20,000 bases of DNA from Catajapyx aquilonaris (taxonomy: Eukaryota): contig JYFJ02001666.1 of assembly GCA_000934665.2 (NCBI GenBank), positions 54,738 to 74,737 on the forward strand, written 5' to 3'. The notes beneath the pieces were generated by a model that worked only from the letters and a program-made list of their open reading frames with translations, made no database searches and had not been told where the DNA came from. Numbering within the stretch: the first letter of the stretch is position 1; each line of letters begins with the position of its first letter. A program made the translations under genes and the position numbers. Below are positions 11,732-20,000 of the stretch, piece by piece.

Positions 11732-12202
11732 ATGGCCAAGTTCGCCCCAACCAGTGGGGGTGGACTTGGCCATCTAATTTTCCAATTATCACAATAATGC
11801 ACTGTGGGAAACAAGTTCTGTTAAGAAATTTTAAATGTGTTTTTAAGGAACGATATTCATAAGCCGTAATACATATTACAGCCACTGGAAAGGTTCACCT
11901 TCATCTCTTAAAAATTGACAATACCCTTGCTTCTCAATTTCTTGATTTGCAAAATAAAGTTTGCACACTATGAAAATTGGGTGGTTTCATGGGGTGGACT
12001 TTAATTATTAATTATTTCCTTCCTCACCTATGGCAGCACAGGTGAATTTTTTGGTGTACAACATGCAAAGCACTGCCGTAATGGCATGATGTGGTTGAAA
12101 GTCTCATTTTTATAACACTTGTTACCTTAAATATTCATTAATGACATTTTTGGAATTGTGGCCAAGTTCACCCTGGCAGCCAACGTCACCCTGTTTGACG
12201 GT
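11732..12202. mobile_element. Degenerate DNA-transposon remnant (pogo-like end)
   Basis: Recurrent GGCCAAGTTC(G/A)CCC and GGGGTGGACTT motifs, and a terminus-like TCACCCTGTTTGACGGT at about 12186-12202. No matching left terminus was found. Confidence 0.35.
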
Positions 12203-12458
12203 GTGTAATTTGCACTTCAGATGAAAGTCTGGAATGCAAACTTTGCATCTGTGTATTCCTTGGCCCAAACCACGTCTAAAATGTAGGGGAGAGAAATGTC
12301 AAGGGACTAACTGGTAATGAGGTACAGTGCTTACAGCCTAACTTCTCAAAAAGATAGGCATGTCCTAAATATTTCGACCTCTGTGTTTAAGCCATACATG
12401 GTAGGATTTCAAAACTGGTTTTCCTTTTGATCCCTCTACACCCACCATTCCCTAAGCG

Positions 12459-12558
12459 AGCCGCGCTTAGAGGTTGTGAGCAATTTGATCAGCGAAGTCA
12501 TCGCTGAGCGATGACATATTGACATTGCTAATCAAATTGCTCACATGTAAACGTGGCT
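12459..12558. mobile_element. About 100-bp hairpin MITE, PIF/Harbinger (Tourist)-like
   Basis: TGTGAGCAATTTGATCAGC pairs with GCTAATCAAATTGCTCACA around an inner palindrome GTCATCGCTGAGCGATGAC. The ends are degenerate AGCC...GGCT, with TTA on the right flank. Confidence 0.6.
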
Positions 12559-12805
12559 TTACACAGCAGCATTGTAACATCATGGTTTTCTTTAAAAGCT
12601 TATAAAAACCTCACAAGTGTTACTCTACTGTTTGAGTTACCAACATAAATGATCGGAATGCACATTTCTGCCTTGTCACTTGGTCTTCACGACTTCTCTG
12701 CTTTCAATGTGTTTGGAAATTTCTTGCTGACTCCCTCTTTGTCATCTGAGCCTGATGTGCCCTGTCCACCTCATCCCCCTTTAGGGTTCTCATCATACTC
12801 ATCCC

Positions 12806-13255
12806 CAGTGCCGGATGTACCCCTTCGGGCGCCCCTAGGCAGTTGAGATCCCCTGCCACCGCCGCCAATGCTGCTTAAAAATTCAATTTTTCTGTCCAGT
12901 TCTCTCTTTCATTTCATTTTATTCCATACAAAATTTATATTTCGACTCTTTCAACATGGGCGCCCCTGGAGAGTGGCCGCTCCTAGGCTTTTCTGGCTAG
13001 TGGCAAATCCGGTACTGGGAACCCCCCGGCGAAATTTTTGCAATTTTTTAATGATTTCGCCTTTATTTCCTATTATTGTCGCCTATTTGAAAAATATTTA
13101 TTGCAACTTGCGGCTGCCCCTAGGCAATTGCCTACTCTGCCCAATGGGTAAATCCGGCGCTGCTCCAGTCGCGTAATTATTTATTATTAATTTTTCGTTT
13201 ACTTTTTTTTTGTATGCCTAAATTTGCCACCCCTTGAAATCTGCTGTACTTGCTG
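12806..13255. mobile_element. Composite hAT-like MITE insertion
   Basis: Left end CAGTGCCGGAT; internal right-end-like AAATCCGGTACTG (ends 13017) and AAATCCGGCGCTG (ends 13162); GCGCCCCT/GCCCCTAGGC subterminal motifs. The 8-bp direct repeat CTCATCCC at 12798-12805 and 13256-13263 is consistent with a hAT TSD. Confidence 0.65.
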
Positions 13256-13758
13256 CTCATCCCTGTACCCACTCATGTCAGATTCATCATTGCTGCAATT
13301 GCTATCTGGCACCTCTCCTAAAAATTACAGTTTTTCACAAATATTACTTTGTTAACTCTAATTACACCTGCTCAACACATTTTCAGATAATGGCATAAAC
13401 TGCCCAATAAAGTGTAAAAATTCAGCTCATGTATTTTAAAAATTAATCATTTCATTTCATTTCATATTTAAATTTAATTATAAGCTGTTGTAGCTAATAA
13501 GTTCTGTTGTAACTATTACTTGATATCCAAAAAATTGTACATTAAAAAATTATGTAGAAATTTTGTGCAACAAACAGAGAACTTGTCATAATGTCATGGC
13601 CACACCTATTCACTGACACATCTCATTTGGACTGAAGGTTTACAGGTCTTTTCATATAAGGTACATTTAGACCAGAAGATGTTTTGTATTGGAATTTGGC
13701 TTAGGCTTACTGGTGGACTAAACGACAGTTGCCGAGCACTGATTAATGTTACCTTTAA

Positions 13759-13977
13759 AGGGCGGTATCCACTGCTCAATATCAACCCCTTGAATTGAAT
13801 CAACCCCTTGATCAGGCTTGAACCAAGTGTAGCATGGCCAACTCGGTTCAACCCCTTGAATTAAATGGGTTGAACGGAGTAGGTCCGTGCTCTACTTGGT
13901 TCAAGCCCGCTCAAGGGGTTGATTCAAGGGGTTGAATGGGTTGAAACCCCTTGATATGGAGCAGTGGATACCGCCCT
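13759..13977. mobile_element. PIF/Harbinger-like palindromic MITE A
   Basis: Perfect TIR AGGGCGGTATCCACTGCTC / GAGCAGTGGATACCGCCCT, TAA on both flanks, and internal TCAACCCCTTGA repeats in both orientations. Confidence 0.85.
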
Positions 13978-13980
13978 TAA

Positions 13981-14104
13981 GGGTCGGTTTCACCAAGCCC
14001 GGTTTTGATAAAACCCCGGTTCTTTCGGAAAATCCCTATGCTATTTGCAGGGATTTCCGAAAGTACCAGGGTTTTATCAAAACCGGGGTTGGTGAAATCG
14101 GCCC
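13981..14104. mobile_element. PIF/Harbinger-like hairpin MITE B (124 bp)
   Basis: GGGTCGGTTTCACCAA pairs with TTGGTGAAATCGGCCC, complementarity continues almost to the centre, and both sides are flanked by TTAA. Confidence 0.82.
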
Positions 14105-14265
14105 TTAAAGGTAACATTAATCAGTGCTCACAGCAACTGTCATTTAGTCCACCAGTAAGCCTAAGCCAAATTCCAATACAAAACATACATCTTCTGGTTC
14201 TGACTTTGCTTCACTTTCATGTTCGCTGTCAGATGAAGCTGACTTTGTCCATTTCTCCAACAGCC

Positions 14266-14324
14266 TCACCTAGATACCCTTCTTCTGCACCTCCTGGAGG
14301 TGCAGAAGAAGGGTATCTAGGTGA
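14266..14324. repeat. Perfect 59-bp palindrome (29-bp arms, 1-nt spacer)
   Basis: TCACCTAGATACCCTTCTTCTGCACCTCC-T-GGAGGTGCAGAAGAAGGGTATCTAGGTGA, with no mismatch. Confidence 0.97.
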
Positions 14325-15180
14325 TAAGTGGGAGCTTGTGGGGGTAAAGGGTGACCTCCCCACAAGCTTCCCAATTATCAGGAGTCAGATGTGTCCAATC
14401 CGATACCAGCTGCGGCTCCTGCAGGGCTGGTGCAGTTGCAGAGTTCCCATCCTCAGCTGCTGCTTCTGGGCAATTCCTGTTGTAACGTACAACCAAATCT
14501 TACAATATTTCTGTGGTTGTATGTTCGGGAAGGGTGTATTATGACATGGATATGATTGTGTGATCTAAGCACTGCTTTCACCATCAAAAACTTTCGAAAC
14601 CACTCATTGGAAGTCCTGTAATCTCATTCAAGCGATTGTTGGATATGCGAAATGGAATGGTCACATACGGACGCAGACGGAATGGAAGATTCTGCATCGG
14701 AATACGCGTTCTTACAAGTCTGCGAATTGTGATCGGCAACTATGAGATCTCAAATATTATGTCGAAGTAGGATGTCCAAGAATGCACCTCGTGCCATATT
14801 TCTTCCATATGAAACAGATGTACAGTTGGTTTCGTCGGCTATATTTCTTGTAACGTATGGACAAACTTAGTCATGTACGGACATGTACGATTCTGCGCAG
14901 GGTTTTCGGCAATAACAAAGCAGCGGATACTCTCAGACACTACGTATATTTTTCAAAACAAGATTGGCAAATCACTTGAACATGATAAGAGTAGACTTTT
15001 TCATGTTTACTGCTATTGTCCCCAACGTCCGTCACGGCATTGGGACTGAAACTGAAACCACCCATAACTCATTTTCCGCCAAAAGTGGACTTACCCTTTT
15101 CCCCCCCTCCCTGCCCCCACCTCCTCCTACCCCCAGACCGCCCCTTTCCCCTTTAAAAATTCAATCCTGGCAAACCCATC

Positions 15181-15469
15181 TTTTAGACCTTTTCTCATCC
15201 ATCGAAAAGTCAGATAGCACGGCTCTGTCCGTCCATCCGTCTGTGGACAGGTATCAGGGGGTAGGAGGAGGGAGGGGGGAAAGGGTAATTTGGGGGAGGA
15301 GGTGGGGGGGGGAAAGGGGAGGTGGGAGTAGCCGGCAGCCTGGGGGAAGGGGTAGATAGAGTGAACCCGAAAATCGAAAAGAAGTCTTATAGAATGGCTG
15401 TCTGTCTGATACCTGTCCACAGACAGACAGCCATTCTATAAGACTTTTTTTCTTGAAAAAGTCTAAAAA
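15181..15469. mobile_element. Two facing Helentron-associated (HINE/DINE-1-like) element ends with a G-rich interior
   Basis: The + strand from 15181 and the - strand from 15469 both read TTTTAGACYTTTYC...AAAAGTC..ATAG.A.GGCT..(GTCY)n TGTGGACAGGTATCAG. This is a T-run start, short sub-terminal inverted repeat and GTCY microsatellite. A perfect 27-bp-arm hairpin lies at 15382-15446. Confidence 0.55.
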
Positions 15470-15714
15470 GGAACTTAAGCACGCAATATCATGGAGCTTT
15501 ACAAAATAATAACCATGTCAATTAATTTCTCGTTACGGTTACTTGCGGTTGCCTGGAATTTCACCTACAGGGTGAACACACAGACAGCTCCAGGTTTCTT
15601 TTTATGGGGTTATTCAGAAGAAAAGGTGTGCATGAATCACCCACGAACTCTTAACCACCTGAAGGACAATATTCGACAAGAAATAGAAAACACACGGGAA
15701 ATACTGTGCTGTAT

Positions 15715-16001
15715 CCGAAGCAGTTTGGTGGAGTGGCTATAGGGTCCGACTGCTAATCGGGAGGTCCTGGGTTCGAGCCCCGGGGCCGGCAACTCTAACC
15801 GTGGTTTTCTGTGGTTTCCCACAGTCCCTCCAGGAGAATTCCGGGGTTGCTTCCTAATTAAAAAGGCCACAGCCGCCTCCTTCCTTCCCTATCCTATCCC
15901 AAAAAGCAAAAAGTAAACATGTAAGCAAGAGTTCCAGACAAAACAAAAATCCCCCCCTAAAGAGCCGAAAAAGGCTGATAACGGGGTAAGATATTATTAT
16001 T
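15715..16001 (+). mobile_element. tRNA-derived SINE, family 1, copy B
   Basis: A-box-like TGGTGGAGTGG, B-box GGTTCGAGCCC, short (ATT)n tail, and 13-bp TSD AATACTGTGCTGT at 15700-15712 and 16002-16014. Homologous to 2211-2551. Confidence 0.92.
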
Positions 16002-16102
16002 AATACTGTGCTGTTGAAAATGCAACAAAAACATCCTATTTGTGAAGAGCCGCTGAAGGCAGACATTTAGTCCATATCATTCTAAAACATTGAGAAACAC
16101 AA

Positions 16103-16412
16103 AGGACATAGCACAAAATGTATGGTCCAGTGGCCTTCCGTTCGATTTGCCTGAAAATGGGATATGTTGTAGCCCAGACCGTCCTGATCAATGTTGGATA
16201 GGGACATTTCAAGGTAGGACCTACAGGGAGCATGCTAATCACCTCCAACAGTAACTACTCCCCATATTATATTAGCATATAGCGTATCCCTGTACGTCCT
16301 GCCTCGAAATGTCCCTATCCAACATGATCAGGACGGTCTGGGCTACAACATATCCCATTTTCAGGCAAATCAAATGGAAAGCCACTGGCCCACACATTTT
16401 GTGCCATGTCCT
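16103..16412. mobile_element. MITE with about 125-bp TIRs, Kolobok-like termini (AGG...CCT-TTAA)
   Basis: AGGACATAGCACAAAATGT...TACAGGGA is the reverse complement of TCCCTGTA...ACATTTTGTGCCATGTCCT. TTAA is on the right flank but ACAA on the left, so the superfamily is tentative. Confidence 0.8.
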
Positions 16413-16476
16413 TTAAACTCTAAATGAACATATGTGAGAAAAAACATTCCTTCATTTCTTTCATTTCTTTCAATAT

Positions 16477-16822
16477 GGGGAGACGGAGTGGCGCTGTGGT
16501 AACGTATGCGCCCACGAATGTAAGGGTCCCGAGTTCGATCCCAAGCCCGAGCATTCCCCCCTTCATCTCGTGCAGAGTTTGGGGTCATCTCTGGCTTCGA
16601 CTCGAGTGAGATTCCGTAGACTAACCACCCGGGGGAGTTCACAAAAATGACCAAAGCAATGTTACTGCACTGCACATTGCACATCCCCTCCCACTCATTC
16701 CCCCTCGCTCATGGTACCCGGGCATTATGATAAAAGACCGAAAGCTTGTACATCCAAAAGCAAAAATAAAGGTACCATGCCAGATGCCCAGCAAGGGCGG
16801 TGCACTAAACCCAATTATTATC

Positions 16823-16887
<65 letters not shown>

Positions 16888-16899
16888 GTTATTATTATT
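16477..16899 (+). mobile_element. tRNA-derived SINE, family 2, with long (TTA)n tail
   Basis: A-box TGGCGCTGTGG, B-box GAGTTCGATCC, (TTA)n tail at about 16826-16900, and 14-bp TSD ATTTCTTTCAATAT at 16463-16476 and 16900-16913. Confidence 0.92.
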
Positions 16900-18342
16900 A
16901 TTTCTTTCAATATTATTAACAAACCAAATCGGGGAGTTACTTTTGCCCCCACCCATTATTAGGTTGTGTTCACTTTTGACACGCTGGCCTGGAAACTTAC
17001 CTCCTGAGTTTGGAAAATGTCACCCATGTTTATAAACACCTCATCCCTCACTGCCCACTACAATGGGTATGAGCAAGCACACATCACATCAAGTCAGAAA
17101 CGCAGTATCGCGTACGTTACAGTGTGTATTCGTTTTCCACGTCACCATTTGTTTGAACTAGTGGTTCTTGTGTATGAAGTGAAACAGAACATGGGGTTCT
17201 TACTTTGCATTCGTATTTTCATCCAGATCCTGCAGCACTGGAGGCTGTGCCAGTAACTGATTCATGTTTAAGGTAATGTACGGACGCAGTGGCTCCAGTA
17301 ATCCGCAGAATGCGATTTCTCTGCCTCAGAACTACTCTGCTTACATCAAGCTTCCTAGACGATATCCTGCACCTTGTAAATGGTTCTACATGCATTGAAA
17401 TATCGCCTCCGAAAAATGCCCCATAATGCCCCATAGTGCTTGTCAAAATTCCATGTCTCCAAGGGTGAATTGTGGTGGCCAATATTTCCCTCATTTAAAT
17501 GCACTCATACTTCAAATATATGAAAACACACCCCAGGGACATGGACGAACACAGTCCAACATGAAAAAACTGCATGTGCAATACTTCGCTTTAGAGTCTG
17601 GTGGTTTCACTGACAACAGGAATTGCCCTTCTTGGCCAGTGACAGGAATTCCTAAAAGTGCAAAACCAGTGTCATTAATGAAGGAACTCAAGCCGCATCA
17701 GCTGCTACTCACGGAATCCAAGTCACAGATCCTTACTCGCTCAGGCTTCCATCGCTGTCAAGAGTTTATCAGCAGCACTTGATTCTTCCTCTTCACCATC
17801 TCTGCAACAGAAATGAAATAAGTATGCAACCAACCTCACACCTGCCCTCCCTCCATGTATGCACACTCATTCACCTGTGTGCCAGGCCCTGGTTAAAGGC
17901 CCTGGTTCAAGGCCCTCTCCTCCTCCTCTTCCTCCTCCTGCCCTCCACTCAGCTGCCCCTGGTTGCTGGGTCAGTTGCAACAGTGGACCAAATAGTGCAG
18001 GGCTGGGATGGGCAGCCAGGCAACAGGGGATTGGGGCAACTCCAAATGAGGAAGAAGAAACAACTCATCTTTTCAGGACATCTGAATCACCAGGGAAATG
18101 ACTCGTCCAAATGGACAAAACTCAAGAGCATGCTCAAGCAGGTCTGAAACAGCTGACTTTACTCGGAGATTATTAAAACCTTCTGGTATCCCTGTAACTG
18201 TCGATTGTCAACAAAACCAGCAAAAATTCAATTATGTACTTTAACAAAATTATTTCAGAGGACTAACTGGGGGCATGATTGGGGGGAAATTAATTCAGTT
18301 TCGTACACACTGGCTGGTTAGTCCAGGTGCTAAGGGACAAAT

Positions 18343-20000
18343 TTGACCCAAACTTTGCATTTTGTGACAAAAGTATGAAACTCGGTACACTTGTCCTTTG
18401 GACACTTCTGATCATATCTGGACGTGGAGCCACGATGACCCACCCCGGTGGTGGTCCATTTCGCAGGGATGCCATAACTACCAGATGCAGCATCCTTTTA
18501 GGACCTTGTATTGGGTGACAAAAACATGAAACTCTCCACAATTGGTCTTTGGACACTTCTGAACATGTCTGGATGTGGGGCCATGATGACTGACCCCGCT
18601 GTGGGTCACTTGCAGGGTTGCCAGATCTAACGGACCAAACATACATCTCTGCGAGGATCACGTGAATTGGGAGCTTGCATTCGGTGATAAAAATGTGAAA
18701 CGCGGTACGGTAGTTCTTCGAACACATCTCAACATATCTGAACGTGGGGTCACGGTGGGTGACCCCTGGTGGCCTCGCCAGGGGTCACTATCGCGGAGTT
18801 GCCAAATCTAACGTGTTGCATACTTTTACATGAAAAAGGGCCTTGCATTCGGTGATAAAACACTGCTAAAACATGAAACTCGCCCCAATTGGTCTTCGGG
18901 CACTACTGAACATGTCTGTAAGTGAGGCCACTATGGGTGACCCCGCTGGGGGTCACTCGCAGGGTTGCCAGATCTAATGGGCTCTCTAAGTAAACTATGT
19001 GAATAGGGAGCTTGCATTCGGTGACGAAGACGTGAAACTCGGTACAATATAGTTCTTTGCACACTTCCGAACATATCTGGACGTGGGGACACGATGACCC
19101 ACCCCGGTGGAGGGCATTATCATGGTGTTGCCAAATCTAACAGACTGTGCAGCATGCGTTTATATTTTGATAGGGAGCTTGCATTTGGTGACAAAGACGT
19201 GAAACTTGGTATAATTGTTCTTTGGACACGTCCGAACATATCTGGACGTGGAGCCACAATGACCCACCCCGTGGGAGCGCACTATCGCAGGGTTGCCATA
19301 TCTAACAAAATGTGCAACATGTGTTTATTTTTGAATAATGAGCCTGCATTCGGTGACAAAACCATAAAACTTGGTACGTCAGTTCTTTGCACACTTCCGA
19401 ACATATCTGGACGTGGAGCCACGATGACCCACTCCGAGGGAGGGCACTATCGCGGCGTTGCCGTATATAGTCGGGGCAACCTAGGAATTCTCCATATGAA
19501 TAGGGAGCTTGCATTCGGTGACAAAGCCATAAAACTTGGTACGTTAGTTCTTTGGATACTTCCGAACATATCTGGACGTGGAGCCACGATGACCCACCGA
19601 ATGCACGCTCATTATTTAAATATAAACACATGTTGCACATTCTGTTAGATATGGCCACCCTGCGATAGTTCCCTCCCTCGGGGTGGGTCATCGTGGCTCC
19701 AAGTCCAGATATGTTCGGAAGTGTGCAAAGAACTAACGTACCAAGATTTATGGCTTTGTCACCGAATGCAAGCTCCCTATCAAAATATAAACGCATGTTG
19801 CACAGTCTGTCAGATATGGCAACGCCGCTATAGTGCCCTCCATCGGGGTGGGTCATCGTGACTCCAAGTCCAGATATGTTCGGACGTGTCCAAAGAACAA
19901 TTCTACCAAGTTTCACGTCTTTGTCACCAAATGCAAGCTCCCTATCAAAATATAAACGCATGCTGCACAGTCTGTTAGATTTGGCAACACCATGATAATG
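18343..20000. repeat. 165-bp tandem repeat array (about 10 units visible) with an orientation switch at about 19597; runs off the window end
   Basis: ATGACCCAC recurs at 19094, 19259, 19424 and 19589 (165-bp period), with more diverged units of about 150-180 bp from about 18343. After 19598 the same unit is on the minus strand. Confidence 0.95.

Larger units (their letters stand above)
13671..14198. repeat. About 88-bp inverted repeat (13671-13758 / 14106-14198) enclosing MITEs A and B
   Basis: ACCAGAAGATG...GATTAATGTTACCTTTAA is the reverse complement of TAAAGGTAACATTAATC...CATCTTCTGGT, apart from a few substitutions and a 4-bp indel. Confidence 0.92.
12641..14900 (-). pseudogene. Decayed multi-exon coding-like sequence, identity unknown
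   Basis: Protein-like frames with scattered stops and splice-like borders. Removing 12806-13255 plus one TSD rejoins an acidic frame (see findings). Confidence 0.3.
15568..16953 (+). mobile_element. Decayed mariner-family transposon interrupted by three younger insertions
   Basis: Left end TA-CAGGGTG at 15566-15574. Transposase C-terminal relic TAPGFFLWGYSEEKV..NHPRTLNHLKDNIRQEI (cf. PxDFFLWGYLKxxVY) resumes after the SINE with a frameshift as AVENATKTSYL*RAAEGRHLVHIILKH*. A degenerate right end TTACTTTTGCCCCCACCC lies near 16936-16953. Confidence 0.72.

Noticed and set aside
14005..14544. 179-aa + strand ORF
   Set aside because: Starts inside MITE B and crosses an inverted-repeat arm and a palindrome; a patchwork with no recognisable domain.
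15715..15790. tRNA-like sequence with A and B boxes (also 16477-16550)
   Set aside because: Heads of SINEs, followed by body, tail and TSD; not free tRNA genes.
16711..17035. ORFs with poly-Ile and poly-Leu (apparent transmembrane segments)
   Set aside because: Translation of the SINE family 2 (TTA)n tail.
18343..20000. Regularly spaced repeats as a CRISPR-like array
   Set aside because: Whole units are homologous, there are no unique spacers or cas genes, and the context is eukaryotic.

Overview
Eukaryotic DNA, most likely from a hemimetabolous insect (inferred from repeat styles and the CAAAAATG start context). It is mostly non-coding and rich in transposon debris. The one convincing intact gene is a small minus-strand gene (CDS 6048-6281) encoding a 77-aa secreted precursor: signal peptide, acidic spacer and a C-terminal Cys peptide resembling the GBP/ENF/secapin class of arthropod cytokines and toxins, but with two extra cysteines. 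It has a plausible 5'UTR intron, core promoter and AATAAA signal. The rest comprises three tRNA-derived SINEs with clear target-site duplications (TSDs), many MITEs (pogo, Tc1, mariner, PIF/Harbinger, hAT and Kolobok-like), a mariner relic holding three nested insertions, Helentron/DINE-1-like ends, a cluster of fold-back palindromes at 13.7-15.4 kb, decayed coding-like segments, and a 165-bp tandem array (18.3-20 kb) that flips orientation at about 19597. There is no prokaryotic-type system, CRISPR array, rRNA or true tRNA.
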